This document shows positions 38,911 through 52,319 of a stretch of DNA of 64,000 nucleotides, one piece after another. The notes under the pieces are model-generated. The model was not told the DNA's origin, searched no databases, and saw only the letters and a program-made list of their open reading frames with translations. Source of the DNA: Octopus vulgaris (taxonomy: Eukaryota); contig OX597825.1 in assembly GCA_951406725.2 (NCBI GenBank), positions 52,452,001-52,516,000 of the forward strand, in the 5' to 3' direction. Within the stretch, counting starts at the first letter, position 1; each line of letters begins with the position of its first letter. The position numbers and the translations under genes were made by a program.

Positions 38911-40037
38911 AGATATTTGTTACTTTCTCTTGGTTTAGAGTAAGTGAACTGTAGAGTGTGAAATTACAAACCCTCCATTATGTATACAATTCTGCTGTAG
39001 TAAGCTGGATTAATGGATGCACCTGTTTACAACTATATAGCCTGAGCCAAATGTTTTTCAATCTACAAGTGTCTGTGATACATACCATTGGCTAATTTTC
39101 CATTGTCAAAGAATTTACTGAATCAGCAATAAAATATTTCATTCAACAGAGAATTTAAATTGAGTGTCTAGAATGATAATTTTGTGAAGAAAATCTCAAA
39201 AATCTCCACTGGTTTTTCCTTTTGTTCAAATCCCACTTAAATTGCTCAGATTGGTGGAATTAAAGAGATGATTAGTAAAATTCAATGAAAAACCGCTTGA
39301 TGCCTTGCTTAGAAATATTGAATTCCATTACAGAATTGTGTAGAATTACTTGTGCAGTATTCATTGTATTTCTAAGAAATACTTTCCCCCTCTCTCTCTC
39401 TTCTTTACCAAAATATCTTTATCATCTTGTGTATTCTTCTTCTTTTTTATTATCAGTGTGAGTTGGAAAAACAACCCCAAAACACTAAAACATATCTTTT
39501 GAAGATTGTCATAGTGTTTTAGTGTTGTGGGCTATTTTAGACTGTCTCTTTAATTGTGTTGTAAACAAGTAATCACATCACTTGACCTTTCACTCACTTG
39601 GTTCTTCTTATTCTCTCTGCTTTTTATTCTCCACAAAATTAAGCGCTATCCACAGTGGCAAAACCATGCAGACTGGGTGAAACTACGATTCATTAAGCAA
39701 TTTCTTCTTTGGAATTGGCTAACTCATTAATCTCATGCTAAAACTGAAATAAATTCTTGAATTGATCAATCAATGCATAAAATAATTCTTTTGTTTACTT
39801 TGCTTGTATTTTTTGTTTTCTTTTTGTATGTGTTTTTTTCCTCTCCCAATTTTCTTCTTCAATTCCAACTTTAGCAATACTCTGTGAAGATTTCCATCAA
39901 TATACCAAAATTTAGCCTAACAAATGAAGCATATTTTTTTCTTCTATTTTTATTACATTCTCCTCTTATATATCGGAAAAAAAAATCTTTATAATTTTCT
40001 TTAAGCATTCTCTTTCCTTTTCAATACTTCCTATATG

Positions 40038-40086
<49 letters not shown>

Positions 40087-41244
40087 TAATAATAATAATA
40101 ACAACAACAACAACAAATTGTTCAGTATTTTTCCCCTCATTCACGTCAAAATATAATACATGATATTTTAAAGTATGACAAATAGATATGTCTTATGATA
40201 TTTTTTGCAAATATCATTTTGTTTGTGAGTGTGTGTGTATATATATATATGTACTATGAGTATTTTATATTTTCTCCCTTGTTTCTGTATTTTTCTTTTT
40301 AGTTATGTATCAAATTATTTTTATCAAAAATGTTATCAGCCCAAATTATTTTTAGCTATTCAAGAAAAAAAAAATATTGAAAATGTATTTTTGTGAAAAA
40401 CTGAATGAGAAGCAAAGAAAATTTATTTACAAGCTATTTAAAAGTAATTCTTATTGAATAAAACTGAATGACTGTTGAGTATATCAGTTAGCTTCTTATA
40501 AATAGTCTCATTAGTGAATTTATCAAACAATCTATTTTATTTCACAGAACCATGACCTGTTGGTTAAATTCATACAAATTCTGGTAGAGCCAGTCCCAGT
40601 TTGTGGATTTAACTTATATACACGCATACATACACATAGGCATTAATATGTACGTGTATGCCTCTGTGTGTGTATGTGTATACATACATACATACATACA
40701 TACAAACATATATATATATGCATACATAGATAAATACACATACATACATATACTTACAAATAGGCATACATACTAAAATACATATGTAGATATGTACATA
40801 CATACAGACATATGTGTGCATGTGTATATATATTTATATTATGTAGATGTAATTACAAACAAACAAAATATATATATATGTACATACATACTGCCAAACA
40901 AATATATGTTCAAGCACTTATGCACACATATATACATATACATGATATGATATATGTATGTATGCATATGTGTGTGCACATTTGTTTATATGTATATTAT
41001 ATATAAATATATGTATCTATAAGAATGTAGACGGCTGGATCAATAGGTTATTGGATAAGCAGCCATGTAAATAGCTGACAGTTTGTATGTTGTCATTGTG
41101 TTGCATAATTGGGTCAATTTATTTAACATTGGCTCAGAGGAACCAAGAGGTGGTCTTTTGTAAACTGGGCTCTTTGTCTATTTGATCTTACTCTCCATAA
41201 ACTTTACAAGATGTAAGTTTTTGGTGGTGGTCACTAATATATGA

Positions 41245-41275
<31 letters not shown>

Positions 41276-41304
41276 CTTTTGCATGTGTGTATATATACAT
41301 GTAT

Positions 41305-41791
41305 AGGTGCAGGTGTGGCTATGCAGTAAGAAGCCTACTTTCCAGCCACATGGATTCAAGTTCAATCCCACTGTGGGACACTTTGCACAAGGGTCATCTG
41401 CTATATCGCCATGCCAACGCAAAACCTTGTGAGTGGATTTGGTAAGCAGAAACTGAAAGAAGCAGATGGCGTATCTCTCTCTCTCCCTCGCTTTTGCTCT
41501 CTCCCTCTGGCTATCTATCTATCAATTTATTTGTGTGTGTGTGTGTGTGTGCGTGCACACGCATGCTTGTGTGTTTCGTTGTGTATATGTTTGTCACCCA
41601 CCACTGCTTGAAATACAATGTTGGCTTGTTTACATACCTGTAACTTAGCGCTTCAGCAAAAAAACATATGGAATAAATACTAGGCTTAAAAAGAAGTAAG
41701 CTCTGGGGTTGATTTCTCCAACTAAAATTCTTCAAGGTGGTGTTCCAACATGGCCACAGTCCAATGACTGAAACAAGTAAAAGGTAAAAGA
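41305..41791 (+). mobile_element. SINE family A
   Basis: Head, CT/TG internal microsatellite and ACTGAAACAAGTAAAAG tail. Confidence 0.9.
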
Positions 41792-42166
41792 TATACTCAC
41801 AAATGCATATCTTATCATCATCAAGATTTAACACATACAATTCCATGAGAGCATGGCTTGGACAGAATTTGTTGAGGCAGATTCTATACAGCTGGATGAC
41901 CTGCCTGGTGCTAATACTTGCATGTGGAACTGAATCCAAGATCACTAGGTTGGGAAGCAAGATTTTCAACTGCATAGTCATAACTTCCCATATACATGTG
42001 TATGATGGTAGGTATGTGTGTATGTATGTGTGTATGTATGTGTGTATATATGTGTGAATATGTATACATTTATACACATACACATAAATTCACATACATC
42101 CGTATCTATTTATCTCTATCTCTCATTCTATCTCTCTCTCTCTCTATATATATATATGTGTGTGTG

Positions 42167-42209
<43 letters not shown>

Positions 42210-42300
42210 GCATACACACAGAGACACACACACACACATACATACATTTATGTATACATAGACAGGTAGATAGATAGAAATACCTACATATGCAAATATA

Positions 42301-42462
42301 CACAGCATGGCTGTGTGAAAAGAAGCTTGCTTCCCAACCACATGGTTCTGGGTTCAATCCCACTGCGTGACAACTAAAGCAAGTGTCTTCTACTATAGCC
42401 TCAGGCTGACCAAAGCCTTGTGAGTAGATTTGGTAGACAGAAACTGAAAGAAGCCCGTTGTT

Positions 42463-42499
<37 letters not shown>

Positions 42500-42720
42500 A
42501 TGCATCTGTATTTGTTCCCCCCTTCACCACCACCACTATTGCTTGACAACTGATGTTGGTGTGCTTATGTTTCCGTAACTTAGTAGTTCAGCAAAAGAGA
42601 TCTATAGAATAAGTACTAGGCTTACAAGGAATAAGTCCTGGAGTCAATTTGTTCAACTAAGAGGCAGTGCTCCTGCATGGCCATAATCAAATGACTGAAA
42701 CAAGTAAAAGAATAAGAGAA
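42301..42720 (+). mobile_element. SINE family A
   Basis: Colinear with other A copies. Confidence 0.92.
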
Positions 42721-43879
42721 TACACAAATGAATACATATATGTGTAAATATACACATGTATCATATGTATACACACATATGTGCATACACACACACACAC
42801 ACGCACACCACTGGATTCTCTCATCACTTAGCCGACTGAGGATTCAACAAGGCACAGCTTTAATATTCTCAGTTTGATGATTTGACATGTCATTTCATGT
42901 GGGAATTCAGACAAATCCTGTGCCAAACATTGCAGTGGATATCTCCACCATCTGGAGGGAGATTGGACCAAGCTCTATGCTAGAGCCCAAAGTCAGAGCT
43001 AGCTTAGTAAAAAGAGCTTCTCCATGAACTTTATTGAGTGCTACCAATTCCCATACATCCAGATTTCTCAAGCAAATTTTCAAGTGATTTTATAGCATGT
43101 TTTTATAATGGAGAAGTAGTCTGCCTTGGTGCCAGGCACCAGAGCTAAGCTGACTATACAACATAGTTTTATATCAACAGATGTCTACCATGTGCACCAC
43201 ATGGTCAACCCGCCCCTTTTACACGTTCAAAAGGAAACTGTCTATGCCTAATGTGTGGCATTTTGCAAGAACCTCTGTTTTGGTACATTTGTCCTGCCAC
43301 TTGGTGTTGTAATCTGAATAAAGAAAGTGAAAATGGAATGATACTAGTAAATTAACATTATGCCTGTAAGGTGTTTCTATGTATGTGTGTATATCAATTA
43401 GCATATCACAGTATACACACATACACAAACGCTCCCATGCACATACACAGGACCACATAATTTTAAGCTCACCCACACATACATTCACACATGATCACCC
43501 CATTAACACACACACACACACACACTCACTCACAGGCACCATTCTTCATATACACATGCACTTACACACCCTAGTTCAGCTGGCTCACTGTTATATCCTC
43601 CCTTCCACTCAGCCTCTTCTGATCATTTCGTCATGTTGAATCTTTAATCCTTATACATTCTTTTCTCACTCTTTTTTATTTTCATTCTCTCTCCGTCATT
43701 TTTTTTTACCACTCTACCCTTTCTGTCAAAGAGCATAGACTTGAAACATCAAAAACTTTACCATTCTTCCTGAGCATCAAACTAATACACCTGCTTGATG
43801 TTCCCTCACCTGTCTTTGTCTTTTGTTTCCTGTAAATTTGAACTATATATATAATACATACATACATACATACACACAC

Positions 43880-43912
<33 letters not shown>

Positions 43913-44104
43913 TACACACACAGAATGACTATGAAGAAGTGTGGAATAAGCTAGTCATTTTACTACTTCAAATTACAATTGTGTCATTTTAATTCAGCAA
44001 AATTCAATCTTGCTAATTATGCAATAATACTTGCAGCTATCATTTACTTTCCATGTACCATTTAGGTTAACCCTAATAAGTTATGCTGAATAATATTCTT
44101 CAGA

Positions 44105-44680
44105 ACTGCATCTCTGATGAATCATCGTTCACTCTTTGTTCCCCACTTCAGGATGACTTTTTTCATATTTGGGGACAGCCTGAAGGTGCCTTCAGCTTTC
44201 ACTGTTTAGCCCTGCTATCAAGCATGAAGGTGACTCTGTGAAGATTTGTGCGACTGTGTCATGGAATTCTGTTAACCCTTTAGTTTGTTCCACATGACAG
44301 AGTTAATGCCAAGGATTATCTGAGTAGTTTCGTTGAAAATGTTCATCATAATGTACAAACATTGTAGCCTGATGGTAGTGACACTTTCCAGGAAAATAAT
44401 AGCCAATTCACAGCAATTGTGTAATTCAGAATTGGTACAAAGAGGACAAAAAGGAAGTAGATCACTTGGATTGGTCCCCACAAACATGAGATCTGAATAT
44501 AGTCAAAAATATATGGGGTATTTTGGAACAACAAATGAGAAGCTGCTTCTTCACATGATTGTTGTTGAAAACCTAAAGCAGAATGACTCAACCTTCCTCC
44601 AACATTCATTCAGATATGAACAAATTCTTAGTTGCATTAAAGCTGTGATTGATGCCAAATGAGGACCAAATCTTTATGAG
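44105..44680 (+). pseudogene. Tc1-family transposase remnant (DDE domain)
   Basis: SDESSFTL, IKHEGDSVKICATVSWNS, RVNAKDYLS...VQTL*PDGSDTFQENN, WSPQT*DLNIVKNIWGILEQ and IKAVIDAK*GP. Confidence 0.85.
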
Positions 44681-44769
44681 ATAATATGGCTGCAAAATAA
44701 CTAATTGTTCCTAGTCTTTCCCCACCAAAATCTACTGGCAATGGGGTAACAGCAACAGGAATAGATAGA

Positions 44770-46561
44770 GGCTACTGGTGCTTGAGGAGAATGGGAAGGG
44801 TTATACAATCTTCCAGTCAGGGAAATAAAGATGCAATATGCTCTTCAGGTGTTGGTTTTGCTATTAGAGTGGCTAAGTGAGAAAATACATTGATGTTTTT
44901 ATCAAAGGTAGTGAATGATTGCTTGATGACACTGAAACTTAAACTTGCTGATTCTTCCAGTCTTAACTTAATCATCTGCAATACTCCAAACAGGAACTCT
45001 GAAAAATCAGAGATTACTAACTTTTATGTGAAATTACCTTTTATGGTCAGAACTATAGGTTATTATGATAGACTTCTAATACTGAGGGACTTCAATGCCA
45101 ACGTTGGGTCAGACCATACATCCTGTAGAAATGTTCTTGGCTCTCATAACATTGGAAGTATGAACAGTAATGGACTTCACCTCATCTCATTTGGCAGTGA
45201 ACCTGGCCCCCTTATCACCAATAATAGGTTCAGAACCATTTGGATTTATCCAAGGTCAATAGAATGGCATTTGACTGGCTATATTTCAACAAAATAAGTT
45301 CGTCAACGTGACATTTGTCATACTCCTTTCATATCACATGCTGGTTATCTGATATCTTTCTGTTGCATTGAAAGGTATCATTTCAGTTTCAAGTAAAACA
45401 TAGAAGATACAATGCAAACTTCTTAAATGAATAAATGTTTGGTCACTTGATGCCGAAAGAAAAATTGAATTGACTCAGATGCTCAGCATACAATTTGAAC
45501 AAGTTGAAATTTCAGAAAATATTGAAGCATCATGGAAAAATCTCAAGGAAGCAACATATTCTTCATTTGAAGGTCTTGGTCTGTCAGAGCATAAGCACTA
45601 AGATCGGCCCAATCAGAGGTAATAGAGTCACTAATTGAAAAAAATGCACTCCTTTCAAAAATTTTGAATATCTGATAATGTATTCAGTGACAAAGAAATT
45701 ACACTTGATCTCTAAGAACTGTTCAACAAACCCTGAAGAAAATGGAAGATAAGAATAGCCAAGCACTGAACTGTAATTGATAGAAAAGATATAAAAACCT
45801 GAAAAGGCACAAAAGAAGTTTATAGTCCTCGGCAATGGGAGTTCTCACTGATTTTAGCATTAGATGTTTATTGACTACCTTCAAAAGTGCCACACCATCA
45901 ATGGAGAGTACTATGCCAACTTGCTGAGGCAGTTATGAAAGGCTATCAAGACCAAGTGTCCAAGAGAACTGATGAAATGTGTCTTGTTTCCTAAGGACAA
46001 TACTCTAGCACTCAAATCTTTGGGTTCAATGGTTACCCTACATGACTGTGGCTTTGAACTGGTTGATCACCCTCACTATTCTGATTTGGCTCCGTCTGAC
46101 TGTCACCTAATCTCCAGCTTGGTAAAACACTTGGCTGAGAACTAATATCACAGTGATGATGACATTATATCTGCTGTTGCAACCAGTTACATTTGAAGTT
46201 ATCTTTGAGCAGTCAGTTGTTATTAATAAGGAGAGATAAAATTAATGTATGCAAAATTTCAATGTTCTAGCATCGATCCTTTATAGTCAGCCGTTAAACT
46301 TTTCAGCCCACCCTTGCATTGCATGTGGTAGGTTGCAAAGTGGGTATAGAAGAAAAGTGTCTTTCAATAGTCTTTGTTGACTCACCAGAGGATTCTGATT
46401 CTGTCAATATTGATGCATTTTGGTTAGTGCAGAACAAGACTGGGATTTCTTATAAAATATTCAGTGTTATAACAACATTTCATAAAAACATACTAGCTTT
46501 TGCTGTCAGATAACACTAAATCAGATTCTTTTCGTATAAAAACTATGGGACAAAGCAGGGT
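44770..46561 (+). mobile_element. RTE-clade LINE remnant (APE endonuclease and start of RT), interrupted by a mariner fragment
   Basis: GYTIFQSG, GVGFAI and LLILRDFNANVGSDH...VLGSHNIGSMNSNGLHL; after 46319, LSIVFVD...DSVNIDAFW and GTKQG. Confidence 0.85.
45866..46179 (+). pseudogene. Mariner transposase catalytic-domain fragment
   Basis: FIDYLQKCHTINGEYYANLLRQL...VLFPKDN...CGFELVDHPHYS-DLAPSD, matching the YSPDLAPSD motif. Confidence 0.9.
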
Positions 46562-47633
46562 AACATGGAGTTACTGAATAGGTTCTCAAACATAATCTTT
46601 TCATGTAAGCAGCAATTCTATTCTTCTTTTGCCCATTATGCAAAGAATCTATAATTCCTCCTAATCATGTAGCTATGCTAACAGCATCTTCCTTTTCTTT
46701 TTATTTCTATCTCCCTCTCTCTCTATTCCCCTTGTAACTTCTCCTTAAATGAGTAGCCTTCCTTCTTCTGCTACCCTAAACTGTTATTTCATGCTTTGCC
46801 TCTTCCTGTTTTTCACTATAGACAGCAACCTTCCTGATTGATTTAATGTCTGCTTAGCAACACACCTGACAACCAGTGTTACATCCTTTCACCATGATGA
46901 CCTATATTACTCCCTTTTCCTCCTCATGTTGTATTTCTTGCTCTTCCTCTACTTCTTTGCTCCCCATGCATAAACTACCTACCACCATCTCTCTCCTTTC
47001 CTTTTACTCTTTTCTTCTTCCCTTCAACCTTTAAATCTCTTGCACTATGATGTGAACAGTTATTTACCAAATTTTTCTCCTGATAAAGATAGCCAGTCTT
47101 ATGGTAATATCTCTATGTGACCATTTACTTATTGCATATCCTTAGCTTTTTATACATTCCATCTGCTAATTATGAACATCACGATTTTTATGTAACTATG
47201 AGTTCTCAGAAACGACTGTCAAGTTAGAAATTCTATGCATTCTTTCGTTAGTATACAGTATTTTTCTGCACCATGTAATTGTAAATTTATTTGTCTAAAT
47301 TTATAAATACCCTTATGATTGTATAAATGTGTTTATCTTCTGAATATATTTAGTTACTTGTATCAATACATATCTCTCTATATTTTTATGCGCATCTGTA
47401 TCTATATATGTTTATATGCATATTTATATATACCAAGCCTAATCCTGTTTATCTGCATCAGTGTTTCCAAATCAGTTCAACTAGATTTTTCTTGTAGCCA
47501 GTTTTATTCCATGGAAACAGTCCTCGATAAAGATTTCGGAGTTTAAATTCAAATAATTTGAGCGCTAATGTGTTTTCTATATTGAGCATCTCTAGCTCTC
47601 ACCTTTTGACTGTAAGTATATATATATATATAT

Positions 47634-47690
<57 letters not shown>

Positions 47691-48702
47691 AAGATGGATA
47701 CAGACATACATACAGACAGATAGCTAGCTAAATAGATGGATGTATGGAGGGAGGGAGGGATGAATAGATATATGCATATATGCATACACATGTATATACA
47801 CACTACTACTTACATACACACAGACATAAAGTAGGAGTACAAAACTACCTGGAGAATTGATTTTCTGCAATCTAAATGATAAACGTCCTCATCTCATTAA
47901 GGTTTTAATTTTAATCAATTTAAATTGCCTGCTTTACTACAAAATAATCAAAGTAGTCTCCAGGTAGACTCTTGCCCTCAGTTATTTTCCCTTAGTCACT
48001 CTATTCCATAAATAATATAGTATAGTGCAGCAACAAACGGTTTACTATCTGTATTACAGTGCAGTAATATGTACACTGCATCTATCAAAATGACTGAGAT
48101 ACACCTAAGAGGGAAATGTCTAATGTCGACAACATTAACATAAAACCAAGATGATGACTTTGGTGTAAGATGTTAATGTTTAGTGAACCATGACATGGCA
48201 ACCATATAAATGGACATACATTTGAAATGCACTTCTAGACCAATAAATTTTACATGTTTGTGGCATGAAATATCAAAAGCAGCTGGCTGTGAAAGTAACA
48301 ATTCTAAAATGTTCTCTGATTACATTCTACATATTGATGTCAGGAAGAGCAAATAAACTATGTCATATTAATTAGAGCTTTTCATATTCAGCTTCGTTAT
48401 CAATTAACCTGACTATTGCAACAACTTCTGACTTAGAAGATTGCAATAGTTAGAATATAGTTTTTCATTTCTTCATTTATGGTTTTATACGTTTTCAAAT
48501 ACGTTTGCATACTTAAACATACGTACACACAAGTCTCTCCTGCAATTGTTGACCTATTACAATTTTTAAGCTGAAATTTAACAGCAACAATCATAACACC
48601 TACAAGGATATGATCTCTGCTACTCCTGACACAATATTAACAGGTTAAAAAGAAAGAAACAAGACAGAAATGCATATGTGTCTGTGTATGTGTGTGAGTA
48701 TT

Positions 48703-48744
<42 letters not shown>

Positions 48745-48746
<2 letters not shown>

Positions 48747-48896
48747 AAGAGTCCTTTCTCTGTGTTTACTCGCCCTGTTTTCCTTTTTTCCTCATTGTTT
48801 ACGTATTTAACTCATTTGTTTACATATTTCAGTTTATTTGCACCGTTGGTGGCATCCTGTACACACACACACAAACACACACACGCACACACACAC

Positions 48897-48929
<33 letters not shown>

Positions 48930-49541
48930 TTATTTACTATTTATTGTTTAATTGAATGAAATGCATCCATTTCCAAGTAAGTTTATCTTCACCTTTTTGA
49001 TGTGACTCTCTATACTGTTTTCTCCCCCATCTTTCTCTAATTCACTTTTTTCCCCTTCCTCCTTCACTGTTTTCTGTCTGTCTCCCCCCTCTCTCTCTCT
49101 CTCGTTTCTTATGCATGACCATTATCCATCTTTCTTTTCTTCCATGGATGCTCAAAAGAGCAGATGTGTCTTTTCTCTTTCTTCTATTTTTTCTCTTTTC
49201 AAAAAAATGTTTTTCCCACTGTTCACTATTTTCCTCTCATTCTGATCTAACGACCCTCCATGTTTTTTTTTGTTTGGTTTCCTTGTATGTCTCTATTGTT
49301 ATGTTTTTGTTCCCAACTCTGACCCTCCATAAATCCTAAATTTTATTTAAGAATCTATTGGAGCAACTGTCCTTGAAGACTCATATTGTGGTTGAATGCT
49401 CGAAATGAGGAGCAGATAGACAGCCAACAACTGATGAAGGGTCCTTTCGCTGTGTTTACTATGTTTTTCTCATTCACGTATTTTACTCGTTTACGTATTT
49501 CATTATCTTGTTATTTGCACCATTGGTGGCGTTCTGAATCC
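48745..49541 (+). mobile_element. Penelope-like partial tandem repeat
   Basis: Diverged ~110-bp direct repeats at 48745-48862 and 49435-49541 (GTCCTTTC.CTGTGTTTACT...TTATTTGCACC.TTGGTGGC). A decayed TTGAAGA...GCTCGAAA core lies at about 49373-49404. Confidence 0.5.
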
Positions 49542-49610
49542 ATATATGTGTGTGTGTGTTTATATATATACATATATATATCAATAGATAGATAGAGTTA
49601 ATCCAAGTTT

Positions 49611-49692
49611 CATCAAAAACCGGTGATTGTCGTGCACTGATGACAGGTCAATACCCAGAAACTGCAGTCCGTGCGTATCACTTAGGTTGATG
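49611..49692 (+). ncRNA. Type I hammerhead ribozyme motif with intact core
   Basis: CTGATGA (49637-43), short stem II GGT-CAAT-ACC, GAAA (49658-61), palindromic stem III ACTGCAGT and GTC cleavage triplet (49667-69). Extended imperfect stem I: CATCAA/TTGATG, GGTGAT/ATCACT, CGTGC/GTGCG. Confidence 0.7.
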
Positions 49693-50389
49693 AGGGAAGG
49701 ATGACCTCCCTTTGCAAATACCAATAGAGCACAGAAAGTGTGCCTATAGCCAGCTGGAGGAGATGTTCTCCTGGGGCTACAAGCTACAGTAACATCACCC
49801 TTAGTGGTTAGCCATATTGAGATTGCAAATATACCTCACATTGTCGTGCAGTTACTGTCTATACCTCGTTCAGAGATTTATTAATACAAACATTCTTACG
49901 CTGATTAATTAATAACAGTCATTTAAACCAAATGTGTTATATTAAGAAAATATATGAAACCCTCCCATAACACACAGAAGTAGTTAGTACACAACCTCAC
50001 ATACATAAGATCATTACCATCAGCATTCTCCTCATCATCATTTTACCGTCTACATTTCCATGCTTGCATGGGTCAAAGTCCACTGACTCTCACTCATGAT
50101 GATGACTGAGATGGTGGTGGTGTTGGTAGTGTTGGCATTGTTTTCTATTGAATAAAAGTGAATCTTGTCAATTATTAACTGCATGCCTCATCATATGAGA
50201 GAAGTAAACAAGTAATGTAAAGATATTTTTTTTCTTCAGTGCAAACTAAAAATATTTGCCTGTTATATGTTGTCTGAGTGAATCTGTCAGTGCTTTACTG
50301 CTGTTTATTTAAAAATATCACTGCTACTGTTTTGAAAAAAAACCCAACAAAAAGCAATCTGACATTGAAAAATCAGCACTTACTAATGA

Positions 50390-50483
50390 AAATATAAATC
50401 TTAAGAAAGTATGATCAGGTAAAGATAGTCATATTGTGTTGGCACTGAAAATTATAGTTTGGCATCACCACCACTACCACTAC

Positions 50484-50515
<32 letters not shown>

Positions 50516-51935
50516 CGCATGTAGAAAAAAGATTGCTTCCATTAATAGACTGCTAGTGCAACAAAATGCAGATGAATTTATAAAGGAAATGGGTACGGAA
50601 AATTTCACTAATGGATGGTCTAACAGGTGAAAAAAGTAAAAGAATACTGTGTAGAAATGCATTCATGGAGAAGGGAAATGTTTTCCTTTTTTTTTTTATT
50701 CTTATATATACATATATCATCTGAGATTAGGATTAAGACAAGATAGTACTGAATTATTGCAGAATATTTTCCATAGAGTATTTTTAATTCAGATGAAAGA
50801 AGGTTCTATTTTGCGTAATGCTCCAAAATAATTACTTGTTTAAAAATGAAAAATGATTAAGAACTTAAATCTTTGAAAGAGTGCATTACTGTATTTTGTT
50901 ATGAAAAAATGAAGACACAATCAGAAGAGTTCCAGGTGAATGGAAAAATAAAATCTCGGTATCTTAATGTTAATCAAAAGATTACCTATTCAAAACTATT
51001 CTAATGCAGTCACCTGGATGGCTACAGTTATGTTTAACAACTTTTGTAGCCCTAAATAGTGTAAAGATTTTTTCTTCTGTGCAGACTAAAACTATTTGCC
51101 TGTTATATGTTGTCTGAGTGAATTTGTCAGTGCTGTACTGTTGTTTATTTAAAAATATCATTGCTACTGTTTTGAAAACAAAACCTACAAAAACATTCTG
51201 ACATTGAAAAATCAACACTTACTAATTCTGCTTAGGGTGATCTGAATTAAAACTTTCCATCAAAATTCAATGTTAATTTTATGTTCCAAACACCTGCTCA
51301 GTAATGACAAAGTTATTTTACTGAGGTTTAAATTTTTTTTAAAATTAATTGAAACAAAGGCAACATATTTCAACAGAATTATGGTAACAAAAGGGTTTGA
51401 AGAATTTGGAATTAGAGTGAAAAATTGTTTTCTTAGTTGACAGTTGTATGGAACACAGAAATATCTAGTCATTAAATGACACCAAAATTATTTTTAAGCC
51501 TTCAAATACAATGGTAACTCATTCATGTGATCAAGCCATCATACAAGTTTTGAAGGCTTATTAGCAAAGAGAAATTTGTACAAAAATTTAAACCAAACTT
51601 GATGATATTCAAAGCCAGTCTCATGCAAATTTAATTACAAAATGGTTTTCTTTCTTGATGAATTTTATATTCCAGCAGTGTCAGAGAAGAAAGTCTCAGA
51701 GGGAACTATCCAAAATTGTGGATTCTCTAAAACAAGCACAAAACACCTTCCATTAAGGAATTAGAGGTTCTTGATGAAACTACTGACAACATATTTTTTT
51801 AGTCTTGATAAAATTCAAATTCTAGCAGTGTCACAGAAGACAGTCCCAGGGGAACTGTCCAAAATAGTTCCATAAAAAATGTGTTTCCTAAAACAAGCAT
51901 AAAAATGCCACCAGTTCATGTGGAATTAGAGATTA
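50390..51935 (+). pseudogene. pogo/Tigger (CENP-B-like) transposase remnant, interrupted
   Basis: INRLLVQQNADEFIKEMGTENFT-NGWSNR...IHGE, IFNSDE, KSLKECITV, KIVFLVDSC and IIFKPSNT...CDQAIIQVLKAY. Confidence 0.75.
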
Positions 51936-52319
51936 TTACAAATGAAATTCTCAACATAACTCTGAAGAGCATACAAAAAGAAAAGTTGGGAAAATTGGTT
52001 TGCAACTAAAGTGAAAGTTCTGTTGGTGGTGTCAGAAATATGCCAAGCTATCTTAATAATGTCAGAAATATGGCAAGCTGTTACTGATGTAAAATTGAAA
52101 GAAAAGGATGAAATAAACCTTAAGAAGGAAATTAGAAAATTTTCTCCTGTTTAGATGTGAGAATTTCAAAACATATTTAGTATTTACATACATCAATCAA
52201 CAGACTTTCAAAAGCATATGTATATGACTAATTTATTAAACAAATTACTAACACAAGAATTTTTAATAAGTTCTAGTAAATCAAATAAATAATGATTTCA
52301 AACCAATAATTATCATAGT

